DNA of 63,854 nucleotides, counting the filler, from Candidatus Methanoxibalbensis ujae (GTDB taxonomy: Archaea; Halobacteriota; Syntropharchaeia; Alkanophagales; Methanospirareceae), in assembly GCA_026134085.1 (NCBI GenBank). It is 3 parts of 3 records of this genome, joined end to end, with 100 filler letters (N's around TTAATTAATTAA, not from the genome) between each part and the next. Parts side by side here need not be neighbours in the genome. Positions count along the whole stretch, not along the records: positions 1 to 23,868 come from JAOQIN010000028.1; 2 more parts are not named here. One strand, 5' to 3'. Under the pieces are notes generated by a model, which was given only the letters and a program-made list of their open reading frames with translations, was not told where the DNA came from and did not search any database. A program made the position numbers and the translations under genes. Position 1 is the stretch's first letter; the number at the start of each line of letters is the position of its first letter. Below are positions 1 to 9,657 of the stretch, piece by piece.

Positions 1-71
1 ATGAGCGAAGGCTCATACGGCGGAGCTGCCCACCACGGCGGTCCCCACCACCAGGGATGCCACCACCACAT
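1..71 (-). CDS. 5' part of a small Trp/Pro-rich protein (DUF5320-like), runs off the window edge
   Basis: Own translation of the minus strand from ATG at 71: MWWWHPWWWGPPWWAAPPYEPSL...; GGTGA SD-like motif just upstream; not in the ORF track because truncated. Confidence 0.45.
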   Translation of the reverse strand, partial: MWWWHPWWWGPPWWAAPPYEPSL

Positions 72-221
72 CTCTCATCACCTATGAATATTTATTCATT
101 GAAATATATAAAGATAAAGGTTGAGGGAAGCGCTGGCAAATATAACTGAATAAAGCGGGAAAAGGAAAGAGAAACTGAAACACTGAAAACAGCAAATAAT
201 ATTGCGATACAATGAACAGAT

Positions 222-683
222 ATGTCTGTTTCCGTGCTGGATGTGTATAGGCTGCTGCCCAAGACAAACTGCAGGAAATGCGGAACGGTGTGCATGGGAT
301 TTGCCGCAAAGCTCGTGGCGAGGGAAGTGTCACCTGAGGATTGCCCACTGCTTCTGGAGCCTGAATATCGTGAGAATCTGGAGAATCTACGCCGTATGCT
401 TCCGAAAGGCGAGAAAGAGATCACAGGGCTGCTTATAGATGAGGAGAAGTGCATCGGATGTGGCATATGTGTGACGGTGTGCGAAGAAAACATGATGCTC
501 GGCGATGAGATAGCTCATGGAAAAGGTGGCAGATATAATGATGAGCTTGTGCTGCTGGTTGTTGATGGGAAAGTGAAGCTCCTGAATCCCAAAAGATGCA
601 AGCGGGCATTTGAGCCTCCAGAATTCTGCCGTGCGTGCGTGGACCACTGCCCCACAGATGCTATAGAACTCGTCTCTCCTTGA
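222..683 (+). CDS. Fe-S protein: N-terminal FeS domain (CdhE/RnfB-type) plus 4Fe-4S dicluster ferredoxin domain
   Basis: LPKTNCRKCG..CMGFA..CP motif; CIGCGICVTVC and CKRA..FCRACVDHCP motifs. Confidence 0.8.
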   Translation: MSVSVLDVYRLLPKTNCRKCGTVCMGFAAKLVAREVSPEDCPLLLEPEYRENLENLRRMLPKGEKEITGLLIDEEKCIGCGICVTVCEENMMLGDEIAHGKGGRYNDELVLLVVDGKVKLLNPKRCKRAFEPPEFCRACVDHCPTDAIELVSP

Positions 684-708
684 ACTCATGCGTTTTTTAT
701 TTTGGTTC

Positions 709-1902
709 TCAGCCATGCGCAAAGTCGCTGAGTATGTTCTTTATTTCGCGTATATTTGCATCAGTTTTGAATGCTGTGTCTGAGAAATGCGTCCTGCTTG
801 CCCTGAAACCTGAGTTTTGGAGAGACGATATTACCGCGGAGAGAGGTGGCGGAGATATGTTGAGCGAGCGGCATAATGCGTGAACCTCATAGTAATAAGG
901 AATTTCAATCTCATCCCTGCATCTCTCAACGATCTTGGATGCGCTTTTTCTGTTTTTAAGCTCTTTTCTTCGCAGGATCTCACGAAGAACATGCTCGCAG
1001 AAATCACGATGTTTGACATCTCCCAGAAACAGAGGACCTCCTATCTTCATTGATTCGCCGCAGATATCACATTTTGGATCACATTTTGGCACCAGCGCTT
1101 CTGAGCTGTGATGCGAAGAAACCGAATGATGTGACTCCACGAAGGAGGAGAGCGTGATTGAAAAGCGATTTCCACATGATGTGCAGTGTGCGATGAATCC
1201 AAGTTCATGCATTGCATGCTTTTCTGCAAGTTTTGCGCCGATACGGGATACATGCAGCACGAGCCTTACAAAATGTCTCCTTGCGTAGCATATCAGAGGA
1301 ACTGCCAGTTTTCTGTATTTGAGGAGCTCACGAAACACCTTCCCGAGCAGTATGCGTGTTGCCATTTCACGATGATATTCAGTGCGCAGCGGAAACGCAT
1401 CATACTTCAGAAATCCGCCTGAGTGAGCGCCGCAGAGGGGTGCGGTGTCCGTTGCGGTAACCAGAAGAAGACGCCTGACAGAGCGGCATGCAGCATTCAG
1501 AAATGGAACAGGCGAGCCGAAAGGGTCAAGATCAACAATGTCAAACCTCAATCTGTGGAGAAGCACATTCGCATCTTCGTTGCTCGCAGTTGCCATGTTA
1601 TCTATCTTGTTGAGCTGTATGTTTTCGCAGATCGTCTCGTATGCCCGCTTGCTCCTGTCATTCAGGACCAAATGGCAGTCACACGAACCATCGCTCCGCT
1701 CAGTGAAAACTTCACATGCAATCCGAATGCCGCGAACTCCCGTCGCCGCAAGCGCATCCACACACTTCAGCGAGCGCATGTTGAAAAAAGAACAGAACGC
1801 CGAAACACACGCGACATCTATATCTCTGCACAGTTCCATGTGCGGATTGTAAAACACATCCTTCGGAGAAAGTATCCTTGTCCTGCCCTCCCTTATCTCC
1901 AT
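709..1902 (-). CDS. trm1: tRNA (guanine26-N2)-dimethyltransferase
   Basis: VFYNPHMELCRD, DALAATGVRGIR, DIVDLDPFGSP, TATDTAPLCG, SRTHF..FKTDA motifs; start placed at MEIREG. Confidence 0.93.
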   Translation of the reverse strand: MEIREGRTRILSPKDVFYNPHMELCRDIDVACVSAFCSFFNMRSLKCVDALAATGVRGIRIACEVFTERSDGSCDCHLVLNDRSKRAYETICENIQLNKIDNMATASNEDANVLLHRLRFDIVDLDPFGSPVPFLNAACRSVRRLLLVTATDTAPLCGAHSGGFLKYDAFPLRTEYHREMATRILLGKVFRELLKYRKLAVPLICYARRHFVRLVLHVSRIGAKLAEKHAMHELGFIAHCTSCGNRFSITLSSFVESHHSVSSHHSSEALVPKCDPKCDICGESMKIGGPLFLGDVKHRDFCEHVLREILRRKELKNRKSASKIVERCRDEIEIPYYYEVHALCRSLNISPPPLSAVISSLQNSGFRASRTHFSDTAFKTDANIREIKNILSDFAHG

Positions 1903-2012
1903 TCCCGCCTCGCTCCGCAATCTTGTGTTTCACATCACGCTGAGATGAAAATTATACTCCTCATCTTCTATGATATATTGTGGAAGGGGATCTGAAAAGA
2001 GGAAGAGATGCG

Positions 2013-3440
2013 ATGCTGAAGGACACATTCGCTGATCCTGAGATACTGGAAAAGGCGCGGGAGATACTGCACGCGCTTGAGGGACACATATGCGACAACT
2101 GTCTCGGCAGGCAGTTTGCGAAGATATATTCCGGAATCTCAAACAGGGAAAGAGGGCGCATATTGAGGCATCTCATGCGATCTGGCGATGTCGGCGATGT
2201 CACATGCGATGTCACAGATGCAAAAGCGGCTGAAAAAAGCGGAGAATGCTATGTCTGCAACGGCATATTTGAGCGGCTGGATGATTTCGTGCAGAAGGCG
2301 TTGTCTGCATTGCAGCAGTATGAGTTCAATTCCTTCCTCGTGGGAACAAAGATCAGCGGATCAATTGCACAGAGCGAGGAGATGATATGGGATATCACCG
2401 GCGCTGAGTATGCGGAACCTCTTAAAGCCGAACTCAACCGCGAGGTTGGAAAGAGAATATCCCATCTCACCGGAAAAAAAGCTGATTTCAGGAGACCTGA
2501 TATCGTTATAATACTGAATTTATGGACAAATGAAGTTGAGTTACAGGTAAATCCGATATTTGTGTATGGGAGATACCGCAAATTGAAAAGAGGAATTCCT
2601 CAAACAAGATGGCCATGTAAGAAATGCTGGGGCAAAGGATGTGAGAGATGCGGTTACACAGGTAAAATGTATGCTGAATCTGTTGAGGAGCTCATAAAAG
2701 ATGTGTTTAAAGATGCATTTTTATGTGATGATATGATAATGCATGGTGCCGGTCGTGAGGACATAGATGCGAGGATGCTGGGAAATGGGCGTCCATTTGT
2801 GGCTGAGGTCAGGGTGCCTCGTCGCCGCAGCATAGACCTGCGGAAACTGGAGAGAAGCGTGAATGAGCGATGTGCTGGCAAGGTTGAGGTCTTCTGTCTT
2901 CGTTTTGTTGAGCATGATTTTGTTGAGCGCGTTAAAAATGCGAGGGGTGACAAGACATATCGTGTAATTGTCTGCGCCGAGGGCTCTTTTGATAAAGAGA
3001 GTCTGGATGCAGCTGTTCAGCGTTTGAAGGGAAAAATAGAGCAGAGGACGCCGAGAAGGGTGGTGCATCGCAGAGCTGATACTGTGCGTGTGCGCGAGGT
3101 AAAGGATGTGCGCATATCGCGTATATTGAATGCTGCACGTATTGCTGATCTCCCGGCCACTTCAGCCTCCGAGCGTGCTGGTGATGCTGTGAATGGAGTC
3201 ACAGTCGAATCCTGTGGAAAGCGATCGGATAAAACTGTTTTTGAGATGGAGGTGCGCTGTGAGGGAGGTCTCTATGTGAAAGAGCTTGTCTCAGGCGATG
3301 ATGGCAGGACAAAACCGAGCCTGAGCGAAATCCTGGGCACAGATGCGAGCGTCATCGCACTTGATGTTGTGGATGTGCATCTCTATTTCGGAGATGAGGA
3401 ATGCCTGTCCGAGCACCTGAGAAGATCAAATATCAGATAA
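2013..3440 (+). CDS. pus10: tRNA pseudouridine(54/55) synthase Pus10
   Basis: CDNCLGRQF, GRYRKLKRGIPQTRW, catalytic HGAGREDIDARMLG, QRTPRRVVHRRAD, GGLYVKELVSGDDGRTKPS. Confidence 0.95.
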   Translation: MLKDTFADPEILEKAREILHALEGHICDNCLGRQFAKIYSGISNRERGRILRHLMRSGDVGDVTCDVTDAKAAEKSGECYVCNGIFERLDDFVQKALSALQQYEFNSFLVGTKISGSIAQSEEMIWDITGAEYAEPLKAELNREVGKRISHLTGKKADFRRPDIVIILNLWTNEVELQVNPIFVYGRYRKLKRGIPQTRWPCKKCWGKGCERCGYTGKMYAESVEELIKDVFKDAFLCDDMIMHGAGREDIDARMLGNGRPFVAEVRVPRRRSIDLRKLERSVNERCAGKVEVFCLRFVEHDFVERVKNARGDKTYRVIVCAEGSFDKESLDAAVQRLKGKIEQRTPRRVVHRRADTVRVREVKDVRISRILNAARIADLPATSASERAGDAVNGVTVESCGKRSDKTVFEMEVRCEGGLYVKELVSGDDGRTKPSLSEILGTDASVIALDVVDVHLYFGDEECLSEHLRRSNIR

Positions 3441-3490
3441 TGGATGTTTCTGACAGCTTCGCATTGAATTCCAGAGGAGTCTTACAGCGT

Positions 3491-3919
3491 TCAGTGCATG
3501 CGCTTTTCGGACTTCTTGGCTGCTTCAAGTATGCGGTCTGAGAGCTCTTTTTTCCGCCTGAAATACTCGTAATATGCGTTTTCACCGTAGAGCTCCATCA
3601 GAACGGCATCCCTGAACATGCATCCATGCCTCTTCATGCAACAGTATGATAGAGAGCCGAAACATACCCTGGGGTCATCCCAGCCGTGCTCTTTTGAAAA
3701 ATCATCTTTTATGCGCACGAACTCCTCCTTTGAAAGCCCTATCTCCTCCAAAAGCTCATCTCGCCGACAGCTGAGAGGCATCCCCACAAACGGCGAACGA
3801 GGATCGCAGCAGAATGTCAGCGAACGCTCATCTCCTCCGAGACATGCCGGAACAGGAGCCCCTCTCCATCCAGGCAGATCCCTCGTCCCTCCTCTTTTAT
3901 GATAAACCCTCACGCGCAC
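3491..3919 (-). CDS. Stand-alone methanogenesis marker 9 domain protein (Cys-rich)
   Basis: PACLGGDERSLTFCC..C, CFGSLSYCC..C.FRD, EYFRRKKELS pattern typical of the marker-9 domain. Confidence 0.75.
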   Translation of the reverse strand: MRVRVYHKRGGTRDLPGWRGAPVPACLGGDERSLTFCCDPRSPFVGMPLSCRRDELLEEIGLSKEEFVRIKDDFSKEHGWDDPRVCFGSLSYCCMKRHGCMFRDAVLMELYGENAYYEYFRRKKELSDRILEAAKKSEKRMH

Positions 3920-4009
3920 TCATCCTCCTTCCTTTTATCCTTTCTTATCCTCCCTACACCTCGCCGTGGCCAGACGCAGGCATCAACGACTCCGCAATCC
4001 TGTTCACAC

Positions 4010-4185
4010 CTGTAGGATCTGATTTTACGTGACCTCCTCACCTCAGTGAAGTGAGGGGCATCTCCTTCAGCGAGGTTCGGTTCCCATTTCATCCACCCGA
4101 GCTTACCTGGCAGCTCTTTCAGCCTTCCTGTCTCGGTCAAGGGCTTCACTTCGGGTCTGCCCGACCCCAGGCCCGCATAGCGAGC
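4010..4185 (-). ncRNA. Predicted TnpB omegaRNA (reRNA) scaffold plus flank-derived guide, copy 1
   Basis: TTTATATA (4213-4206) about 25 nt upstream; GGCAG...CTGCC closed structure; translation GSGRPEVKP...DAPHFTEVRRS resembles a tnpB 3' tail; ends at TCAC; expression is inferred. Confidence 0.55.
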
Positions 4186-4275
4186 AATGAATAATACGAT
4201 GATGCTATATAAATATAATGTAAACACCCACCTCTCCTGCTCCGCCAGAAGGCAGGAATGGCAGCAACAACATTC
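4029..4275 (-). mobile_element. Non-autonomous IS200/IS605 derivative (PATE/MITE), copy 1: LE hairpin + TATA + omegaRNA-like scaffold + RE
   Basis: On minus strand: TTTAA (4280-4276), then LE GTTGCTGCCATTCCTGCCTTCTGGCGGAGCAGGAGAGG shared with the tnpA remnants at 23285 and 37554; RE hairpin CCTCAC-9nt-GTGAGG ending GGAGGTCAC; homologous to 57852-58056. Confidence 0.8.
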
Positions 4276-4512
4276 TTAAATGATTGCATCGCATCCAAGA
4301 TCTTACTGCGGTGAAACTTATAAATCTTTATCTTTCTCCAGCTTCCTCGTCCCCTGCGTGGTTTTATCGCATACCATGTTGCAGTGACAGGTGATCTTTC
4401 CTCATCTCCCTGTTCACATCATCCAATCACAACAATACTCCTTCTCCATATTCTCCATATTATGCATGAGATATTGCTTTATGCATGAGATATCGCTGAG
4501 AAATGGCAATAA

Positions 4513-5100
4513 GTGCTTGATGATGATACTGCATGGATGAGAAGGGGAGCAGTCTTCAACGAATACATCGTAATTGAGATGGGAGAGGCATTGAATACAC
4601 GCATATCCGACGGAATTCTGTCTGAGGATGTTGAGACAGCTTTCCTGAGACATGCGACAAAGGATAAGACAGGATCTCGCTGCGAACACTTAGATTCAGG
4701 GGGAAGCTCTGCCGAGCATTGCCGCGGTCTCAATGAGATGAGGACAAGGCACATGAGTCGGCACTTATATGCGTGTCTTGATGCGATAGTTGCTGTCTTC
4801 GGTGTCCGCGTGGGGAAGGCGGTATACCGCTTCGCAGTGAACTCATGCAGATGGCTGTGAAAAGAGAATGTTCGCCTCAAAAATGAGGTTGCCGAAATCG
4901 TTACGAATTCCGTGAGAGATGCTTTGAAAAGTGTTGAATTCGTTCCCACGGCACACATTAAACGCAGTAAAGCGTCCCGCCGCTCACTCATCGCATCCCG
5001 GCTCTCCAATGGCGACAATCCGGATGCCTCACATGCACCATATGCCTTTTGAAAGCGCAGATGAGAAGAAAACACGTTCATCTGATTCACCACAGAGCGC
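4513..5100 (+). pseudogene. Probable decayed gene of unknown function
   Basis: 115-aa ORF continues protein-like past TGA 4858-4860 (KENVRLKNEVAEIVTNSVRDAL...) then meets several stops. Confidence 0.3.
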
Positions 5101-5578
5101 TGATGAGCTTGGGATACTCATACCTTTTTATCAGATGCTGAACTCATTCAACATGCCGCTGCTGAGCGCATAAATTATGAAAAAATGCTGAAACAGCATC
5201 GTGAAAGCAGGCACTTCTCAAGCCAGTTATGCTGAGATAAATTCAATCTTCATGAATTGAGTTTGATATGGAGAGATCAGACAGCAAAAAATATATAATG
5301 TATCTCAGATAATGAGATGAGGTTGTTTCGCAAATTTTGGAGGAAAAAGGGGAGTTATGAGTTGCAGCGCACGGAAATGCCTTATGCCCTCACGGCCTGT
5401 GAATAGGCAGAAAGAAATAAGCAGAAAGGAGCTTGAGAGCGGGTTCAAACGATCATCAGCCGCCAGAAGCCGCCAATAGTGCTCGTGTGGCAGGATGCCG
5501 GATATTTGTGTGATAAGCGGTGTGCAAGGTCTGTGTGAGGTGTGCTGAGGTGTGCGGTGAGAGGTGTGATGTGTGAGA

Positions 5579-6448
5579 TCAGAGCAGTTGTGAGAGGTCA
5601 GCACCGTAGAGCGGGGAGGGGGGCTGATGGGTTGTCGGCTGTGTTGATTGAGTTGTGGAAGTTGAGGGAGGGCGCGTGCTGTGCAGTCTTTCCTCAATTA
5701 TCTTTGCGTTTTTCTCCAGCGCTTCCTCCACATTTTTGATGTCAATATTCAGGTCTGTGAGATTTTTGAATGCGCGGAGTGCACGGATGCATGCGCGCAC
5801 ATCGTTAGGGCGGCTTCCGACGCCGAGTATTGCATAGCTATCTATATTCAGTTTTGATGCGAATCCGGGCAGCAGTCCGGTTTTTCGCAGTATTGTGTAG
5901 CTTCCCATCTCACGCCTCGTCATTTTCCTTATTCCATGCGGAATTTCCTTTGATTTCCTGCTGAATGATGCGATGAAAGCCTCAGCATCACCCATCCTCT
6001 CACGCTCCTCAGGCAACAGCACAATCACGCCTATGGTGTAGAGTTCCTCTATGAAAAGCTCTCTCGCAGTTTTTGCAAGGATCTCAGCCTGCTTATATGA
6101 TGCTTTCGGTATGTATTCAACCTCCGGATACTTCCCCACATACATGAAAAGACCCTTCTCCTCACTGAACCAGAGCTCATCGTGAGGAATCTCAAACACA
6201 TCATCATGCATCTCAACGACAGGAGGGAAGTTATACGAATAAAATCGCATTATTTCAACGGAATCATCTATATGCTCCTTCAGATTGAATGGAACAAGAT
6301 TCCCAACAGGTGGAAATCCAGCAACGAAAACAAATGAAGCTCTCTCATCACCGCGCTCACGACGCCTCAGCAGCCGCTCCTGCAGTCTCCTCTTGAAATC
6401 TCGCTCACTCACATTCCAGAAAGGCGTGAATTCCTCTATGAGCATCAC
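5579..6448 (-). CDS. PAC2 family (proteasome assembly chaperone-like) protein
   Basis: FVAGFPPVGNL, FYSYNFPPVV, TGLLPG, RPNDVRAC..L..LTDLNIDIKNVEE pattern. Confidence 0.7.
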   Translation of the reverse strand: MMLIEEFTPFWNVSERDFKRRLQERLLRRRERGDERASFVFVAGFPPVGNLVPFNLKEHIDDSVEIMRFYSYNFPPVVEMHDDVFEIPHDELWFSEEKGLFMYVGKYPEVEYIPKASYKQAEILAKTARELFIEELYTIGVIVLLPEERERMGDAEAFIASFSRKSKEIPHGIRKMTRREMGSYTILRKTGLLPGFASKLNIDSYAILGVGSRPNDVRACIRALRAFKNLTDLNIDIKNVEEALEKNAKIIEERLHSTRPPSTSTTQSTQPTTHQPPSPLYGADLSQLL

Positions 6449-6568
6449 TTTAATGTTTCCTCTTCTATTTTTCTTAATTGGTTAAAACATAAAAAACATA
6501 ACATACGCATAGCCGCCGAGCGGCACATCAAGAAGGATGATGAGAAATGGAATGGAGCGTGAACAGCA

Positions 6569-7966
6569 ATGAAAGTGCGCAGTCCGATGGAGATATATCG
6601 TCATCTGCCGCAGACGAACTGCGGGGAATGTGGCGAGATGACATGCATGGCTTTTGCATCACTCCTGAAAGAGCGAAAGAAGAAGTTGGAGGAATGTCCG
6701 CCGCTTATGAGTGATGAGTATGCTGAGCAGCGAGAGAAGATAGCGGAGATGCTCGCACCTGAGATAAGAGAGGTTGAGATAGGTGTGGGTGATAAAGCGG
6801 TCAAAATAGGCGGAGAAGAGGTGCTTCACAGGCACGAACTCACATTTTTCAACAGAACGGCGCTTTTTTATGATGTGTGGGACACGCTTGACGCGGACAG
6901 TCTGCGAGAGAGAGTGCATAAGATAGAGAGTTGGAAGAAGTTTTATGTCGGTGAATTCCTGCGATTGAACGGTATTGCTGTTCGTTCTGTGAGCAATGAT
7001 CCTGAGAAGTTTGAAGAATGCGTGAAAAAAGTTGCTGATACCACCGATCTGCCTCTTGTTCTCTGTTCATTTGATCCAAAAATTGTTGAAAGAGGATTGA
7101 AGCATGTGGCGGAGAGGAGACCCCTCATATATGCGGCGACTGAGCGCTCCTGGAGTGCGTTCCTGGAGCTCTCAAAGATGTATGAAGTTCCAGTGGCTCT
7201 TTTCTCGCAGTCTCTTGATGTTCTCACAAGTCTTGCGGTGACATTTGCAAATGCTGGCGTTGAGGACATCGTGCTTGATCCGTGCACTCATCCCATGGGA
7301 AAAGGTCTCGCTGACACATTCACGAAATTCGTGAAGATAAGGAGGGCAGGAATCGCAGATGGGAGAAAGGAGATCGCATATCCCCTTCTGAGCGTGCCAC
7401 TCACAGCATGGTTTTTCTTTGATGATCCTGTTGAGGCATCTTACTGGGAGGCAATTGTAGCGTCAATATTCATCATAAAATATGCGGATATAATGATACT
7501 GCACGGTTTGCAGCCTCATTCGCTTATTGTTGAGCGCACACTCGTAGAAACAATATATACTGATCCCAGAAGACCTGTGAGTGTTGAGCCAGGGCTCCGC
7601 ATAATAGGAAATCCGGATGGGAATTCGCCTTTATTCCTCACAACAAACTTTGCACTCACTTATTACACTGTTGAAAGCGATATAAGCTCAAATAAAATAG
7701 ATTCTTATCTTCTCGTCGTCGACACAGATGGGTTGGGTGTTGAGGCGGCAGTCGCGGGAGGGCAGCTCAATGCGGATAAAGTGAAGGATGCACTTGAGCA
7801 ATATGTTGACAGCAGGATAGAGCACAGAACGATTGTCATTCCGGGTCTCGCAGCGAGAATATCTGGCGAAACAGAGGAGAAGACAGGATGGAAAGTCCTC
7901 GTAGGTCCGAAGGACAGCGGAAGAATTCCTGACTGGATCGATAAAAACTGGCCGCCTGAAGTATGA
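6569..7966 (+). CDS. cdhE: Acetyl-CoA decarbonylase/synthase gamma subunit (large corrinoid Fe-S protein)
   Basis: LPQTNCGECG..TCMAFA, IGGEEVLHRHELTFFN, IYTDPRRP, TTNFALTYYTV, IPGLAARISG..GWKVLVGPKDS. Confidence 0.95.
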   Translation: MKVRSPMEIYRHLPQTNCGECGEMTCMAFASLLKERKKKLEECPPLMSDEYAEQREKIAEMLAPEIREVEIGVGDKAVKIGGEEVLHRHELTFFNRTALFYDVWDTLDADSLRERVHKIESWKKFYVGEFLRLNGIAVRSVSNDPEKFEECVKKVADTTDLPLVLCSFDPKIVERGLKHVAERRPLIYAATERSWSAFLELSKMYEVPVALFSQSLDVLTSLAVTFANAGVEDIVLDPCTHPMGKGLADTFTKFVKIRRAGIADGRKEIAYPLLSVPLTAWFFFDDPVEASYWEAIVASIFIIKYADIMILHGLQPHSLIVERTLVETIYTDPRRPVSVEPGLRIIGNPDGNSPLFLTTNFALTYYTVESDISSNKIDSYLLVVDTDGLGVEAAVAGGQLNADKVKDALEQYVDSRIEHRTIVIPGLAARISGETEEKTGWKVLVGPKDSGRIPDWIDKNWPPEV

Positions 7967-8017
7967 GTGATGTCATGTCATGGCCCACAGCCCAACAAAA
8001 ACAAAGCGCCAGAGCGA

Positions 8018-8389
8018 TCAGCGCCTTTTTTTCAGCACTATTATGTCAGGTCGTGGAGAGGATTTTGAAGATGCGAGCTCTCTGCGGCAGCTGTCACACA
8101 ACTCCCTCGCAGTCAGTGCAACAACCTCCTCCGAACCGGGCAATTTCCGCGCATATATGAAATCCGCCCTCAATCCCATATCCTCGCCTATCCGCCGCAT
8201 GACCTCTTTTATTTTTTCACTGAAAGCCTCAACATCATCCGCACGAAGACCTCTTATGTCAGCATAAAACCCGTAACATCCACATCTCATAGCAAATAAC
8301 TTCGCCTCAGGCACGAATATGCTGCCCACCAGAGACCTCAATTCGTTCTCAACACGCCTCCTGCCAGCATTTATGTCCTCCTTTTCCAT
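8018..8389 (-). CDS. Conserved hypothetical protein (DUF5402-like) with CGC and CxxC
   Basis: RCGCYGF.ADIRGL, YARKLPGSEEV, LCDSC; start placed at MEKED. Confidence 0.55.
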   Translation of the reverse strand: MEKEDINAGRRRVENELRSLVGSIFVPEAKLFAMRCGCYGFYADIRGLRADDVEAFSEKIKEVMRRIGEDMGLRADFIYARKLPGSEEVVALTARELCDSCRRELASSKSSPRPDIIVLKKRR

Positions 8390-8457
8390 TTTATTATCAC
8401 CTTCCTTTTTTATCCTTCCTTTTTTCTTGCCGCCCGGACAGGGATGACATTTTCCTT

Positions 8458-9471
8458 TCACTTTTCTATCAGTTTCAGCACTTTTTTCGTTATATCAGCG
8501 CAGTATCCGCATTCATTGCACATCTTATTGCATTTTTTCCACTTCTCCATGCATCCCTCAAGTGCGTTGTTGTCCACATAAAATATGTATTTCAGCTCTG
8601 CCGGGCAGTCAAGGATTTCAATGAGATTTCCATCATATTCGCGAGAAGCGTATGCACGAACCGCATTCAGAATCCATGCGACTGTGTTTGCTCTTCCCGC
8701 TATCTTGAAGTCCTCTATGCCTATTTCCTCATAATGATTCAGGTCTTCAGGTCTTATCCACGGCGATTTTATTATTTGTGAGGGGTCCCGCACTCTCAAG
8801 GAGATACATCTGTCAAAATAATAATCGCTGAATATGTCCGGTCTTCCTTCTGCAAGAGGGGACCTGCTCGCAGTAACATGGGAGAAAAGATTGAAATGCG
8901 CATATCTGAAAGGACATTTGTATATGCAACCTTCATTTACAATCACACGAATTCTGCAGTGTGACACTCTTTTTATCGCTCTGAGCACATCAAAATCTCT
9001 GTTTATGTTTGTGTCAACAGTGATGGCGTCCGCGCCGAGCATCTCATAGAAAACAGCTTTCTGCGGTGAATCGACATGAGACACGCAGCTCACCACAATC
9101 TCCATGGGATATTCCCGCAGCATCTCAACAAGATAGGGCTCAGCAACAGTTACAGCATCAACTTCCGCCCTGTTCAACTCGTTGAAGTACCAGCGCAGCA
9201 TGTTGTATCCCGCATATGTCAGATGATAGCCGCCAAGGCATGATGGATTCACAATTATATTCATCCTGATGTCATACTGATGTGCGAACGCAGTCTGCTC
9301 CTTTATCTCCGATATCAACGCTGCGTGCAGCGCGGCACGACCACTTCCCATTATTTCTGGAGGTCCGCTCATGAAAACTTCATGCACATCTTTCAGATTC
9401 TCATTCTCAACAACACGCAAAATTTCCTTAAGGGCATCAAAATGCCCGGGATGCGGAATCATCAGACGCAT
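8458..9471 (-). CDS. Peptidase U32 family Fe-S protein (UbiU/UbiV/TrhP-like)
   Basis: GSGR, VNEGCIYKCPFR..H, C..PWIRPEDL..Y, FKIAGR, C-terminal CxxxCxxCxYC. Confidence 0.85.
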   Translation of the reverse strand: MRLMIPHPGHFDALKEILRVVENENLKDVHEVFMSGPPEIMGSGRAALHAALISEIKEQTAFAHQYDIRMNIIVNPSCLGGYHLTYAGYNMLRWYFNELNRAEVDAVTVAEPYLVEMLREYPMEIVVSCVSHVDSPQKAVFYEMLGADAITVDTNINRDFDVLRAIKRVSHCRIRVIVNEGCIYKCPFRYAHFNLFSHVTASRSPLAEGRPDIFSDYYFDRCISLRVRDPSQIIKSPWIRPEDLNHYEEIGIEDFKIAGRANTVAWILNAVRAYASREYDGNLIEILDCPAELKYIFYVDNNALEGCMEKWKKCNKMCNECGYCADITKKVLKLIEK

Positions 9472-9657
9472 GTTTTATCATTGTATTTTGTTATGTATAT
9501 AACCCCTCCTATAATCAAGCCAAACCCGGCCATTCTCCTCCTTCTCAGCTGCGTGCTTTCAGCAAGACAATATGGCATGACATTATAATATTCACGCCTA
9601 ATTAGTAATAAAATAAATAAACTCAAAAACAAAATAATAAAAAATGAAAAAGGGAGC

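Noticed and set aside
4029..4185. Riboswitch-like leader shared by two genes
   Set aside because: The downstream genes are unrelated and the unit is bounded by IS200/IS605 ends also found on tnpA remnants
4858..4860. TGA readthrough (selenocysteine) in ORF 4513-4860
   Set aside because: No recognisable selenoprotein context and more stops follow; decay is simpler
7184..7196. GAAGTTCCAGTGG partial ORB match
   Set aside because: Inside cdhE coding sequence (EVPV) and lacks the AAA and G-string
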